Positions 1 through 9,461 of a stretch of 64,000 nt of DNA are shown here, piece after piece; the first letter of the stretch is position 1, and each line of letters opens with the position of its first letter. This DNA is from a virus. Lineage: Duplodnaviria > Heunggongvirae > Uroviricota > Caudoviricetes. The translations under genes and the position numbers were made by a program. Location: IMG/VR virus record IMGVR_UViG_3300026473_000783; one strand, written 5' to 3'. The notes below the pieces were generated by a model, which had not been told where the DNA came from, ran no database searches, and saw only the letters and a program-made list of their open reading frames with translations.

Positions 1-581
1 TTATAAGTTCTATTGTTAGGAACAATACGGCAACATTTATATAAATTACCTTTTTGATAATTTACTAAATGTTTAATCCACTCTTTTGCGGTCATATCAA
101 AAAGATTATTATGACAATAAAAATTTCCCTGTACTTCACGAGGCGAGCCTTCTAAAGACTTAAGTTGATTTTGTGAACAATAAAAATTACCATTAAGTTC
201 TTGAGGACAACCCTCTAATGATTTAAGCTGATTTTGGGAACAATCAACATTAACAACTTTTAAAGGACAACCTTCCAATGATTCAAGCAAATTAGATGAA
301 CAATAAAAATCTCCACTGACTTCGTGAGGTCCACCTTTTAAAGATTTAAGATAATTACCTGAACAATTAAAACTTCCATCAACTGATTCAGGAGCGCCTT
401 TCAATGATTTAAGTTGATTGCGTCCACAATCGAAATATCCATCCACAATACCAAATTGAAAAGGAATTTTTTCCAAATTTCTATCGATAAGATCAACCCC
501 TTGAAAGCAATCCAAAATCCCAGTTTTTTTAAATTTTTCTTTATCGTAATTTGTTATTCCAAAGTCTTCAGGCTTTTTCAT
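1..581 (-). CDS. family-A LRR-like repeat protein, N-terminal part (ORF runs off window start)
   Basis: ATG at 579-581 (minus) gives MKKPEDFGITNYDKEKF...; ~22-aa CSxNxLKSLxGxPxEVxGxFxC repeats; paralog of 842..1288, 37937..38512, 41395..42159; absent from ORF track because no in-window stop. Confidence 0.55.
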   Translation of the reverse strand, partial: MKKPEDFGITNYDKEKFKKTGILDCFQGVDLIDRNLEKIPFQFGIVDGYFDCGRNQLKSLKGAPESVDGSFNCSGNYLKSLKGGPHEVSGDFYCSSNLLESLEGCPLKVVNVDCSQNQLKSLEGCPQELNGNFYCSQNQLKSLEGSPREVQGNFYCHNNLFDMTAKEWIKHLVNYQKGNLYKCCRIVPNNRTY

Positions 582-586
582 ATATT

Positions 587-793
587 TTAGTCTTTATAAG
601 CAAAAAGAGTTCCACGATTTGTCGCTTTAACATAAACTTCGATTTCTCCGCCAACAGGTAAATTGAGAAGTTTTAAAGAATTTTTTGGCAAATAGTAAGA
701 GTTTAAAAAAACAATAGAGCCATCATGAATCTGGCCTTCTCCGATTCCTTTAAGAGGGTCAAACCATAATAATTTTACTTTTAATTTTTCCAT
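587..793 (-). CDS. cold-shock-domain-like small protein (68 aa)
   Basis: W-F-D-x-x-KGIG...DGS-x-VFLN pattern parallels CspA KWFN..KGFGFI..DGS.DVFVH; paralog at 20701..20907; sigma-28-like promoter 812-838. Confidence 0.5.
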   Translation of the reverse strand: MEKLKVKLLWFDPLKGIGEGQIHDGSIVFLNSYYLPKNSLKLLNLPVGGEIEVYVKATNRGTLFAYKD

Positions 794-811
794 AAATACC
801 TCTTTTTAATT

Positions 812-838
812 TTTTCGGCATTTTTCTTAAAAACTTTA
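812..838 (-). promoter_or_regulatory. sigma-28 (FliA)-type promoter candidate
   Basis: Minus strand TAAAGTTT-N11-GCCGAAAA (consensus TAAAGTTT-N11-GCCGATAA); about 20 nt upstream of CSD gene start. Confidence 0.5.
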
Positions 839-841
839 ATT

Positions 842-1288
842 TTATTTTAAAGCTTTTAAAATTTTTCGCTTTTCTTTTAAACCTTTTAAAGTGGATTCAT
901 AAGATGAATTATCAGGAACAATGCGGCAAGATTTATATAAATCACCGTTTTGATACTTTTCTAAATTTTTGATCCACTCCTGAACTGTCATATCTAAAGG
1001 ATTGCCATGACAATGAAGTATTCGGGCAGTTGTTTTTGGAGCACCTTTTAATGATTTGAGTTGATTATGTGAACAATTAAAACTACCAACTTTAAAGGGA
1101 CAACCTTCTAATGATCCAAGTTGATTATTGGCACAATCAAAATATCCATTAACTATACCAAATTGAAAAGGAATTGTTTCCAATTTTCTATCACGAAGAT
1201 TAACACTTTGAAAACAATCTAAAATCCCAGTTTTTTCAAACTTTTCTTTATTATATTTAGTGATTCCAAAATCTTCAGGTTTTTTCAT
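842..1288 (-). CDS. family-A LRR-like protein with conserved C-terminal tail
   Basis: Track ORF 842..1306 begins GTG; internal MKKPEDFGI Met at 1288 has RBS AGAGGGG; ends ...CRIVPDNSSYESTLKGLKEKRKILKALK. Confidence 0.55.
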   Translation of the reverse strand: MKKPEDFGITKYNKEKFEKTGILDCFQSVNLRDRKLETIPFQFGIVNGYFDCANNQLGSLEGCPFKVGSFNCSHNQLKSLKGAPKTTARILHCHGNPLDMTVQEWIKNLEKYQNGDLYKSCRIVPDNSSYESTLKGLKEKRKILKALK

Positions 1289-1372
1289 AAAACCCCTCTT
1301 TTTCACATCTTCTATCGAAGATTTCGTGTTAAAAATTTAGTATTTCTTAAAAAAAATGTTCGCATTATCTAT

Positions 1373-1401
1373 TTATTCGGAACACTTACTTTAAAACTTT
1401 A
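1373..1401 (-). promoter_or_regulatory. sigma-28-type promoter candidate (weaker)
   Basis: TAAAGTTT-N12-TCCGAATAA; -35 lies within last codons of 1386..1668. Confidence 0.3.
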
Positions 1402-1668
1402 GCTTTTTTTGAAGCTTTTTCTAATTCAAGAGATTTTTTACTTTTTATCTCATCTATCATCATTTTGTAGTATTCATCCTGAATCTTTAAAGATTCAATC
1501 ATTTTACGATCTTTATCAATGCTTGCTTTTGATACACAAGCGAGTCCATTAGATCCATTAGAACAAACAAGATCAGCTGTCTCAAACTGACCAGATAACT
1601 TATCATTATTCGTTTCCCAAGCTTGACAAACATTTGAAAAAATTAAAATAGCTAAAATTAAACTTTTC
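1386..1668 (-). CDS. small secreted protein (signal peptide)
   Basis: Track ORF 1386..1715 starts TTG and contains the sigma-54 -24/-12; likely start GTG 1666-1668 after RBS AGAGG; N-term VKSLILAILIFSNVCQA. Confidence 0.45.
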
Positions 1669-1695
1669 ACAAAGACCTCTATTTTTATTCTTTTA

Positions 1696-1832
1696 TATAG
1701 CAAGTTAAAAGCCAAGTTTAAATTGGTTATATTCGATTTGAGAGTGTGATTGTCAAAAGATTAGATAGTTATTTGAGCTAAGTATTTGATTTTATTAGGT
1801 GTCAAACTTTTAGTGAGTGGTTAAAGCTTAAA
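1696..1832 (-). promoter_or_regulatory. sigma-54 promoter cassette (-24/-12 + palindromic UAS)
   Basis: Minus-strand TTGGCTTTTAACTTGCT (GG and GC 12 nt apart); UAS ttgattttattaggtgtcaaacttttag... at 1785-1832. Confidence 0.6.
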
Positions 1833-1890
1833 CGATTACCGTATTGCGACAGAGATTTGTCTCAATTCTATTTATAAAGTGGTTTTAAGA

Positions 1891-2115
1891 TTATTGAATC
1901 ACTTTATGTAAAGAACTGTTTTGAAGTGAATACGATAGGGCTTCCTCTAATAGATAAGAATATGCTTCATGATAGGTTTTGAAGGTTTTTGAATAAATCT
2001 CGTTTTTTGAATAGGTAGAAATTACTTTGTAATTTTCACTTTTCCAAATAACTAAAGATAAACGAATTGTTTCATTTTCTTTTAGCTGTAGAGAGTAGAT
2101 GTTTTCTTCATTCAT
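1891..2115 (-). CDS. hypothetical protein (74 aa)
   Basis: ORF only. Confidence 0.3.
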   Translation of the reverse strand: MNEENIYSLQLKENETIRLSLVIWKSENYKVISTYSKNEIYSKTFKTYHEAYSYLLEEALSYSLQNSSLHKVIQ

Positions 2116-2210
2116 AATGATGACTTAGTCCTTTTTTTATAAAATTTTTGTAGATTTTTAAAAAACTACAATCAATACCTTAATCTTCTTCGACTGATTC
2201 TTCTACCGTA

Positions 2211-2435
2211 TTAGAAATCCCATGTTTTTCCTGGTGGTTTTGAATCATCAAAATCAACTTCTTTGACTTCAACTTTTTCTTCTGTATCTAAAGAGTGTTC
2301 GAGTTGGAGCAAGGTACTTATTAAAGTCGCAAAAGCTTGAGAGTGTTCATGACCATGAGAATTTTTTAAATCTTTAATTCTTGCTTTAAGTTGGTTCACT
2401 AATTGTTCTGTTTCTTTTTTTGTTAATGTTTGCAT
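2211..2435 (-). CDS. hypothetical protein (74 aa)
   Basis: ATG with AGGAG RBS; sigma-28-like promoter 2456-2483 upstream. Confidence 0.45.
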   Translation of the reverse strand: MQTLTKKETEQLVNQLKARIKDLKNSHGHEHSQAFATLISTLLQLEHSLDTEEKVEVKEVDFDDSKPPGKTWDF

Positions 2436-2455
2436 ATTTTCTCCTATTATAGAGA

Positions 2456-2483
2456 TTATCGGTTGTTTGTATAAAAAACTTTA
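2456..2483 (-). promoter_or_regulatory. sigma-28-type promoter candidate
   Basis: TAAAGTTT-N12-ACCGATAA, 21 nt from ATG of 2211..2435. Confidence 0.45.
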
Positions 2484-2556
2484 ATTTGATAAGTGTTTGA
2501 TTTTAATACGGTTTAATTAAATAATGTTTGAATACGACAATTTAAAGTCTTATTTT

Positions 2557-2721
2557 AAAGCTTTTAAAATAGACATCTTCTTTTTTAAATTCTTTAAAGT
2601 TGTTTCATAGTCTGGGTTTGGAACTATTCTAATTGATTGATATACATTTTTAAATACAAAATCTCTTTCTAATGCGAAAACACACATCTCAACTGAAGCT
2701 TTTATAAGTTTTCCTTTTTAT
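2557..2721 (-). pseudogene. 3' fragment of a family-B (DUF4116-like) gene
   Basis: Minus-strand translation GKLIKASVEMCVFALERDFVFKNVYQSIRIVPNPDYETTLKNLKKKMSILKALK* with in-frame stops just upstream; no start. Confidence 0.5.
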
Positions 2722-3074
2722 AATTATCGTCAACTTTTTTTAAAAACTTAAACCTTTTTTAATTTTCTCATTTTAAAAAATTTATAATTTTCAATTCCGC
2801 AGAATTGTCCTATCTGTTCAGCGCCTGTTGTTGGATGGAGAGAGAAAGTTTTTGGTAAATCTTATGCGAAAAATAAAGAAAAAATAGAAAACCAAATTCT
2901 TCAATTAAGCTTAGATATTCAGCAAATAGAGGCTAAAATGGTTAAAGTTGATATGAGTGATTTATCTAGAAAAGATCTAGAATCGATCCATACCCTTATT
3001 TTAGCCGATGTTCATCACTAATCTTTAGAGATTAAGAACAATCCCTCTCTATTTAATAAATAAAGGGGGATTTT

Positions 3075-3302
3075 ATGGCTTTACTAGGGTCAGCGATTTT
3101 TTCAATCATATTAGGTCTTTTTATTCTTTGGATTTATTTTCTACCAACCTTTATAGCGAGTAAAAGAAATAATCACTTCTCTTCAGTTCTTTTAATCAAT
3201 TTATTTTTTGGTTGGTCTTTAGTTGGTTGGATTATTGCTTTAGCGATTGCTCTTTCTTCTCCAAAAATTATAGTTGTTGAAAAAAACGAGGATAGATCTT
3301 AA
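3075..3302 (+). CDS. superinfection-immunity (Imm)-like small membrane protein
   Basis: YFLPTFIASKRNNHFSSVLLINLFFGWSLVGWIIALAIAL resembles the phage Imm family motif (FLPsiiA..R...NlllGW..GW); two TM segments. Confidence 0.5.
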   Translation: MALLGSAIFSIILGLFILWIYFLPTFIASKRNNHFSSVLLINLFFGWSLVGWIIALAIALSSPKIIVVEKNEDRS

Positions 3303-4057
3303 TTTTTAACAAATCTATCTTGTATCGATTTATTGATGATATACGCTAAAAATGTAGGCGCAGAAGAACTGGTTCCATTGAATAGGATAGAATCTCCGTC
3401 TTTTGTTTCAAGTAAAACATTTCCCTTAAATGGAGCATAGGCGTTAACTAATTTACCATAATTGGAACGTTCCGATAAAGAATAGGGAAATTCATCGCTA
3501 ATTCCACCTACACAGTAGATGTTTGGAGAATTAAACATACATAACGCTTGAACCTCTTCAACTCTATAAGCATCGTTTCCTGCACTAACCGTTATTTTAA
3601 CTTTATCTGATAAAAACAATAAAGCGATTATTTCTTCTTCATCAATCAAATCTGGCCCAACTCTAACCGATATATTGAGTAGTGATAAGTTTGGAATTTG
3701 GCTCATTTTATTTAAACAATCAGTTAAAATCATCGACTCTTCAATTTGGCAATAAGCTATCTCAATTTTTTCATAAGCGTTAGGGTTTTGTGATTCTACT
3801 GTAGCAATGATCTGATCAATAACGGCTTGACCATGTTTGTCAAAATGAGAAGTTGGGTTTGTTTCGAATTGATAAGCACTTTTATAAAGAGAGCGATTCG
3901 AATTCCAGTTGATTGGATTGATGTCAATAACTCCGATTATAATTTTAGATTGAGTCGAAACTGTTGGGATTTGATTAAAATCGATTAGATCAATTCTATT
4001 CTCTTTTGAAAAATTGATTGAAGCTAAAAGTATTATAGTTGTAATGATTTGTTTCAT
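3299..4057 (-). CDS. secreted subtilisin-like (S8) protein, short/degenerate
   Basis: Signal peptide; IGVIDIN (Asp motif), HGQAVID (His motif), GTSSSAPTFLA (Ser motif); paralogs 53183..53923, 34984..35994. Confidence 0.5.
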   Translation of the reverse strand: MKQIITTIILLASINFSKENRIDLIDFNQIPTVSTQSKIIIGVIDINPINWNSNRSLYKSAYQFETNPTSHFDKHGQAVIDQIIATVESQNPNAYEKIEIAYCQIEESMILTDCLNKMSQIPNLSLLNISVRVGPDLIDEEEIIALLFLSDKVKITVSAGNDAYRVEEVQALCMFNSPNIYCVGGISDEFPYSLSERSNYGKLVNAYAPFKGNVLLETKDGDSILFNGTSSSAPTFLAYIINKSIQDRFVKN

Positions 4058-4067
4058 ATCTTTTATT

Positions 4068-4208
4068 GTTGCAAATAAAATGCCTACTTATAAAGAATTG
4101 TAGTGGATTTGATAAGAGTGAAGTGTTAAAAGCTTAGATGTTTTAGGTCTAAGCTCTTGATTTTATTAGGTGTAAAACTTTTATCTGCTGTTTAAAGATT
4201 AAACAACT
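4068..4208 (-). promoter_or_regulatory. sigma-54 promoter cassette
   Basis: AGGCATTTTATTTGCA; UAS 4156-4208; drives 3299..4057. Confidence 0.55.
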
Positions 4209-4390
4209 AATACTAAAAAACTAACCACGGCAACAGCCACAGCAACGTATCGAAGCTTTGTATCTAATTTTGCTAATTTAGCTTGATCATTGTTTTGTTT
4301 TGATAAGACAAAATCCCAAACTAAAGCTCCTAATACAGCCCAAAAACAGGCACTCACGATTTGCGCTAAAAAACTTGTCGATTCTAACAT
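4199..4390 (-). CDS. small membrane protein (63 aa)
   Basis: Hydrophobic ORF; sigma-28-like promoter 4422-4448. Confidence 0.4.
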   Translation of the reverse strand: MLESTSFLAQIVSACFWAVLGALVWDFVLSKQNNDQAKLAKLDTKLRYVAVAVAVVSFLVLVV

Positions 4391-4421
4391 AATTTCTCCT
4401 TTTGTTTATTGATCTTATCTC

Positions 4422-4448
4422 TTATCGGACATTTATTTTAAAACTTTA
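4422..4448 (-). promoter_or_regulatory. sigma-28-type promoter candidate
   Basis: TAAAGTTT-N11-TCCGATAA; -35 overlaps last codons (LKF*) of 4438..4824. Confidence 0.5.
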
Positions 4449-4824
4449 ATGTATTTATGACTCTTTGAATATGTTCTCTGTCTACTAGTTCTTTTGCTGA
4501 TTTTTTTGTTGCTAAATCGCTATAAGCTAAATTTCTAATCAATTCTTTAAGGTGAGCTGAATTGTTTTCTTTTAAAGTTTGAACTCCTGTAATTGTATCT
4601 CCAACGACAAGAAGGATTTGTTCTGACAGGGTAGTGTCGATTAGGAAAATTTCATTATTGATTTTAAATTGGATCTGATACGAAATCTTAGATTCTCCTT
4701 CATATATGTAGTTTTCTAATCTATTAAAAGTGTATTGATTTGCGTCAACTAATTGTCGAATAGCTTGATAAGTTTTTGATTGGGCTTGAGTCATTCCAAA
4801 TATTTTTTCGATTAGTTTTTGCAT
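4438..4824 (-). CDS. hypothetical protein, 128-aa family
   Basis: MQKLIEKIFGMTQAQ...NSAHLKELIRNLAYS; paralog of 13077..13463; sigma-54 cassette upstream. Confidence 0.5.
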   Translation of the reverse strand: MQKLIEKIFGMTQAQSKTYQAIRQLVDANQYTFNRLENYIYEGESKISYQIQFKINNEIFLIDTTLSEQILLVVGDTITGVQTLKENNSAHLKELIRNLAYSDLATKKSAKELVDREHIQRVINTLKF

Positions 4825-4846
4825 TGTAATCTCCTAATAGCATTTG

Positions 4847-4999
4847 GTAGCAATTTATAGGCCAAGTTCTTGTGTTATTATATTTGATTTGAAAATATGG
4901 GTGTTAAAAGTTTGGTTAAAAGTTTGGATAGGGATTTGGGGTAAGTTGTTGATTTTATTAAGTGTCAAACTTTTAATCAATGATAAGTGATTTGACAAC
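4847..4999 (-). promoter_or_regulatory. sigma-54 promoter cassette
   Basis: TTGGCCTATAAATTGCT; UAS 4948-4999 (TGTCAAAC...TTGACA). Confidence 0.6.
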
Positions 5000-5157
5000 T
5001 TTTCTTTTAAAATCTAATCTATAAAATTTGTTTTTTCAATTTGTTTAGTGAACGCTTCCGCAAAGCTTTTAGAAACATAGGTTTTAAATGATCTAATTTT
5101 AATTTATAGCTATATTTTGATAAATTAAAAACATAACAAATCCTCTCTTTATTTAAC

Positions 5158-5185
5158 TTATCGGAACATTTAAGAATAACTTTAG
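5158..5185 (-). promoter_or_regulatory. sigma-28-type motif with no adjacent downstream ORF
   Basis: TAAAGTTA-N12-TCCGATAA; 330 nt of non-coding DNA before 4438..4824. Confidence 0.3.
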
Positions 5186-5191
5186 CTTTTT

Positions 5192-5398
5192 CTAATACCT
5201 TGATATATGTATTGCATTTGGATTAGTTTTTGAAACTTCTTCATGAGGGCCAAAGAAATCACTTTTGTTTGTGTTGAAAGCGACTCGAATCGGTTCAATT
5301 GAAGCGATTTCGTCTAAACCACCCTCATAACCATCTAACAAAATTGGGAAATCTTCAGGAAATGTGGATAATTTTTTTATCAATTCTTTTACGGTCAT
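5192..5398 (-). CDS. hypothetical small protein (paralog of 31264..31476)
   Basis: MTVKELIKKLSTFPEDFPILLDGYEGGLDE... shared with 31264..31476; track start probably over-extended. Confidence 0.4.
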   Translation of the reverse strand: MTVKELIKKLSTFPEDFPILLDGYEGGLDEIASIEPIRVAFNTNKSDFFGPHEEVSKTNPNAIHISRY

Positions 5399-5437
5399 GG
5401 TAGATCCTTTGTTGTAAACGCGCAAAGCCTAAATCTC

Positions 5438-6007
5438 TTATGCTGTATGCTGATATGTTTTGACTCCGTTATATTCCATATACTCTTTATCTAAATAATC
5501 AAGAGCTGCTTTATTTGTTTTGCTGACTTTTGCTAAAAAATCTTGAGTTGGATTTTTCACATATTGGATCAAAAATGGAGAAAATTCAATCCCAAGAAGT
5601 TGGACTTCTTCTGATTCTTGATTAAAAAGTTCAACCAAGTTCTTTTTATAAACATTAGGATTGTCTTCTTTTTTCATGTGTGTTGGTAAAAAGTTTAAAC
5701 GCTCATAAGAATAGGGATTTTTGTTAAAAGCGATAAGAGCCATTGCTGAGTTTTGATTTTTAACCAAACTGATCAAATAGGGGGCGGATTTGATTAGACT
5801 CATTTCTTGTCTTGGAGAAAGATCCATCATTGTGATAAGACTTGGAAAATTTTCAATCATTGCCATTTTTTTTGGCCATGTTTGATCATTAAGGATTGAG
5901 GAAATAAATTGGCCCTCTTCTGGGGATAAGTTAAGGTCATTAATTGAAATTTCTTCTATTTTTTTTAAGAAGCCTTTTAAGATGATATCTTTCATTTGGT
6001 TTGTCAT
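5438..6007 (-). CDS. hypothetical protein (189 aa)
   Basis: ORF with sigma-54 cassette 6038-6177 upstream. Confidence 0.45.
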   Translation of the reverse strand: MTNQMKDIILKGFLKKIEEISINDLNLSPEEGQFISSILNDQTWPKKMAMIENFPSLITMMDLSPRQEMSLIKSAPYLISLVKNQNSAMALIAFNKNPYSYERLNFLPTHMKKEDNPNVYKKNLVELFNQESEEVQLLGIEFSPFLIQYVKNPTQDFLAKVSKTNKAALDYLDKEYMEYNGVKTYQHTA

Positions 6008-6037
6008 GATTTTCTCCTCTATTGTTTAATTATAATT

Positions 6038-6177
6038 GTAGCAAACAAAAGGCCAACTTCTAAATGTCTTATATTGGATTTGGCCCTCTTAAATGTCAAA
6101 AGGTTAGTCATTTATTTTCTAACCTATTGATTTTATTAGGTGTCAAACTTTTAAGCGATGAATCAAGGATTGACACT
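6038..6177 (-). promoter_or_regulatory. sigma-54 promoter cassette
   Basis: TTGGCCTTTTGTTTGCT; UAS 6126-6177. Confidence 0.6.
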
Positions 6178-6532
6178 AATAAACTTTGAATAAAAACTCC
6201 GAATCTAACGAAAAAACACTATCAACTAAACTAATGTCAAGATCTGTTCGTTGATTTTTGATTTCTTCAATTTGAGCTTGAATCTCTAATTTATAAGCTT
6301 CAAGTTCGTTTGTGAATTTTTCTTTTTGTTCTTTTTGAAAAGTTTCAAAAGCTTCTAATGATTTTGCTTCAAAAGAAAGCTCAGTTTTAAGGAGGTTGTT
6401 TAAGTTTTCCATAAATAAAGAAGCGCTTCGTTCCGAGCCAAATCCAGCAGAAACCACTAAGCCATTTTGTTGAATGATTCGATATAGGGTGTTGTGTTTT
6501 GAAGTGTAGGGTTCAATTCTAAAATTCATCAC
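6176..6532 (-). CDS. hypothetical coiled-coil protein (118 aa)
   Basis: ORF with sigma-54 cassette (TTGGCACTTAACTTGCT) upstream. Confidence 0.45.
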   Translation of the reverse strand: MMNFRIEPYTSKHNTLYRIIQQNGLVVSAGFGSERSASLFMENLNNLLKTELSFEAKSLEAFETFQKEQKEKFTNELEAYKLEIQAQIEEIKNQRTDLDISLVDSVFSLDSEFLFKVY

Positions 6533-6551
6533 AGAGCCTCCACAGCTCTAT

Positions 6552-6690
6552 GTAGCAAGTTAAGTGCCAACTTTATGTCCGTTATAGAAGATTTAAGTCA
6601 AGTCAGTGTTTGGGAAATGATCAATGAAGGGTTTAAGTGCTTGATTTTATTAGGTGTCAAACTTTTAGGCGATGAATTAAAGATTTACAC
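6552..6690 (-). promoter_or_regulatory. sigma-54 promoter cassette
   Basis: TTGGCACTTAACTTGCT (consensus TGGCAC-N5-TTGC); UAS 6641-6690. Confidence 0.65.
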
Positions 6691-6715
6691 GAGGGGCTTT
6701 TAACCCCCCATACAA

Positions 6716-7258
6716 TTATTTAGAAAATGTAGATTCAGCTTTTTGAACTAATTCTAATGTGAACTCTATTAGATCTTTTCTTGAAAGCCTCAAATCAGTG
6801 TAGGCAGTTATATGTCGAGATTTTTCCTTAATTACGCTTCCGCCATTTGTAGTCAGGTTTTCTTCTATGATGATTTTAATTTTCGAATTAAAAAAACTAA
6901 CTCTTTCAATCCTGACTTCATAGGGTTTATCCATAAGTAAGTAGAGAAGTTTTTTTAAATAATTTTTTTGAAGATAAGCTTCTAAAATTGAACAAGGTAA
7001 AAACGAAAAAACAAATACTGAAATCACAACCTGAACTGCTACTGCCTGAACTACTGGCAGACCTTTTGATTCTGGTAAAGGAAACAAAATCAAAAGTGAT
7101 AAAACCACTGTCAACAAACTTGATACCCCTACTACAGCAAAAAAACTATAGCTTAGATTACCTAAAAGATAACTGATTTCTTCATCTTTTTGTTTAGGGG
7201 TTTTTGTTTGGTTTGTGTATCTACTTATACACTCGTTGATTTTTTCGCTTTGATACAT
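6716..7258 (-). CDS. membrane protein; C-terminal domain shared with 27466..27864
   Basis: Shared ...LLMDKPYEVRIERV...KIIIEENLT.NGGSVIKEKSRHITAYT.LRLSRKDL..FTLELVQKAESTFSK; upstream 230 bp also duplicated at 27900-28130. Confidence 0.5.
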   Translation of the reverse strand: MYQSEKINECISRYTNQTKTPKQKDEEISYLLGNLSYSFFAVVGVSSLLTVVLSLLILFPLPESKGLPVVQAVAVQVVISVFVFSFLPCSILEAYLQKNYLKKLLYLLMDKPYEVRIERVSFFNSKIKIIIEENLTTNGGSVIKEKSRHITAYTDLRLSRKDLIEFTLELVQKAESTFSK

Positions 7259-7500
7259 AGGATCTCCTTTGGGGCTTTGCCCGTTTAAAGTTTTATGATC
7301 TTATTTCTTTAAAGGGATTATTTCCGTTTTTAAAGTTTGATAAACAAGACCAATTCTAAAATACCGATTTTTTATAAGGTTTTAGAAATGATCCAAAGTC
7401 CCAAACCCGCCCAATCCACCCTTTCAATTTAACATGGTTTTAAGGGAAAAGTCAATAAAAATCGAGAAATTCTTAAAATAAGACAGTTCTCTTAAAAAGT

Positions 7501-7528
7501 TTGACATTGTGGTTGAATCCCTTATGAT
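7501..7528 (+). promoter_or_regulatory. sigma-70-like promoter
   Basis: TTGACA-N16-TATGAT, then GGAGGAG and ATG 7545. Confidence 0.45.
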
Positions 7529-7544
7529 GGATGGAGGAGATCTT

Positions 7545-7862
7545 ATGAAAATTTTTATTTTAATTTCCATCACGTCAATGTTGTTTTTTGGGTGTTCTAA
7601 AGAAACAGAAGAAACAACTTATCATTACTCCTTACCTGAAGAATTAAAAGATTGTAAAATTTTTCGATTGCGAGGAGACAACACCTCTACACTAAGAGTG
7701 GTGAAATGTCCAAATTCAAACACAACAACCTCTTACAGTGAAGGAAAAACTAAAATGGACATAACAGTGGTTGAAGAAAACTTGAAACAACTCAAACTTA
7801 AAGAATCCGCACTAAATAAACTTACAGACGAGGAAAGAAAAGCATTGGGTCTTTTTAAATAG
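7545..7862 (+). CDS. lipoprotein
   Basis: Internal Met with RBS GGAGGAG; MKIFILISITSMLFFGC lipobox; track start 7509 over-extended. Confidence 0.5.
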   Translation: MKIFILISITSMLFFGCSKETEETTYHYSLPEELKDCKIFRLRGDNTSTLRVVKCPNSNTTTSYSEGKTKMDITVVEENLKQLKLKESALNKLTDEERKALGLFK

Positions 7863-7863
7863 C

Positions 7864-8343
7864 ATGAAAGAAACACTTCTTCTCCTATTTATGATTTTAG
7901 TTCCTATCGTAGCTATTGGATTGATCATGGCTTTTATGTCGGGAGCTTTTCCAAGAAAAGTGAAATGTTTAAAAAAACACTTCGCACTCATTCCTCAAAA
8001 AATTGAAGGATCTTGGATTTGGGGAAAAACTTATTTTTCTTATCACACCTATGGACACGGCATGGTTTTAGGTGGCACTGTTAAAGCTCATTATTCGAAA
8101 GACGGGAAGAAAGTCTCTTATTCTTCGAGAGGTGCGTCATTTTTTCCTCGTTATAAAAGAGAGTGGGAAGGTCTTCATTTGGTTTCATTAAGAACTCATC
8201 TAAGATCAGATCGGTTCTATAAAAGCAAATATCGAGAGAGATTAGATAAGATCAAAAATTTAGAAGGAATCAATGATTTCCTATATGAAGGAAAAAACAA
8301 GAAGATCTTAAAGGATATTGAGAAGCTTAAAGGTCAAAAGTGA
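7864..8343 (+). CDS. membrane protein (159 aa)
   Basis: N-terminal TM; co-operonic with 7545..7862. Confidence 0.45.
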   Translation: MKETLLLLFMILVPIVAIGLIMAFMSGAFPRKVKCLKKHFALIPQKIEGSWIWGKTYFSYHTYGHGMVLGGTVKAHYSKDGKKVSYSSRGASFFPRYKREWEGLHLVSLRTHLRSDRFYKSKYRERLDKIKNLEGINDFLYEGKNKKILKDIEKLKGQK

Positions 8344-8480
8344 TAGATTTTTTTTAAAAGATTCTCCTCACAGTGAGTGAAAAATTCAAAAACATTAGGG
8401 TGGATCTACAAAATTGTCAGTGCTTCGTGGAATGCCCCAAAATTAGCTTCCAAGAGCCTCTGGTTTGACTTATAGGAGTT

Positions 8481-8506
8481 GATTCTCATATGAGAGTCCT
8501 CTTTTA
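8481..8506 (+). terminator. intrinsic terminator candidate
   Basis: GATTCTCATATGAGAGTC hairpin followed by CTCTTTT, downstream of + strand operon 7545..8343. Confidence 0.4.
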
Positions 8507-8672
8507 GGGAAAACTCAACCTTGAGCCTTTTAAAGAGGTTTTATAAAAGTATTTAATTTTCTATAAAATCTTATTTTTGATGCTAAGTGTTTAATTTTAA
8601 TAAGGAAATCGACATCACTATGTGGGATCTTGCTTTATTTAAATATTTTTTAAAAATCAGGTATTAACATTT

Positions 8673-9461
8673 ATGAATAATCTAAAAATAAATCAAGAAG
8701 CTATATTTGAAAAAATCTACAAAATAGAGAGAAATGGTGAACTTCAAATCGTTATGTTAGATAAAGATTTAGCTGATTTTTACCAAACAGATACTCGTAA
8801 GATAAATCAATCAGTCAAAAGAAATCCTTTAAAATTTGCTGATCAAACATTTAAACTCACAAAAGAAGAGTGGCTCTCTATTTTAAAAGCAAGAAATGAA
8901 AATGAGGAAGATCCAATTGAATTTAAAGGTGGACATTTACCTTCAGTTTTTACAGAAGAAGGCGCTTTAGCGTTATCGACAGTGTTGGAATCTCCAGTTG
9001 CTATTCAAGTTTTTAAAGTGTTGCTAAAATCATTTTTTGCGATGAGAACTCTTCTAAAGGAAAGACCAGATCTCCAACTTCATCAAGAGGTTTGGGAATT
9101 AAAGAATAGAGTTATTGAAGTTGAGAAAAAAATTGGTGAAAACTCAAATCAAAACGTGGTTATTCATCAATTGACAAATAATGGAACTTTTCAACTTGGA
9201 TCAAACAACTCAATGGTTGTTAAAATCAATGACTTTGAAGATGTTGTTCAATTTATGACAGAACTTAGACGTCATCCTGGTATAAAGGATAATCTTGAAT
9301 CTAAAGAAGCGATTGATAAATCGATTCAATTAGCTCTAAAAGCGGATAAAAAAGGATTGTTGGAACAAATGAGTTCAGTCATATCAATCACCAATAACAT
9401 TGCTGATTTAGCAGTTAAAGCTTCTCCTGTGATTTTATCCATTTTATCTTGGCTTAAATAA
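8673..9461 (+). CDS. ORF6N-domain-like protein (phage antirepressor-associated N-domain)
   Basis: VMLDKDLADFYQTDTRKINQSVKRNPLKFADQTFKLTKEE resembles the ORF6N core. Confidence 0.45.
   Translation: MNNLKINQEAIFEKIYKIERNGELQIVMLDKDLADFYQTDTRKINQSVKRNPLKFADQTFKLTKEEWLSILKARNENEEDPIEFKGGHLPSVFTEEGALALSTVLESPVAIQVFKVLLKSFFAMRTLLKERPDLQLHQEVWELKNRVIEVEKKIGENSNQNVVIHQLTNNGTFQLGSNNSMVVKINDFEDVVQFMTELRRHPGIKDNLESKEAIDKSIQLALKADKKGLLEQMSSVISITNNIADLAVKASPVILSILSWLK

Noticed and set aside
1-6. TTATAA at the window start as the stop codon of the first minus-strand LRR gene
   Set aside because: The ATG at 579-581 sets a frame in which 1-3 is out of frame; the ORF simply continues beyond the window.
6988-7176. 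Plus-strand ORF inside 6716..7258
   Set aside because: Antisense overlap with a conserved paralog-family gene; no RBS.
8360-8385. CTCACAGTGAG hairpin as a terminator for 7864..8343
   Set aside because: No adjacent T-tract on either strand; the hairpin at 8481-8506 has one and was preferred.
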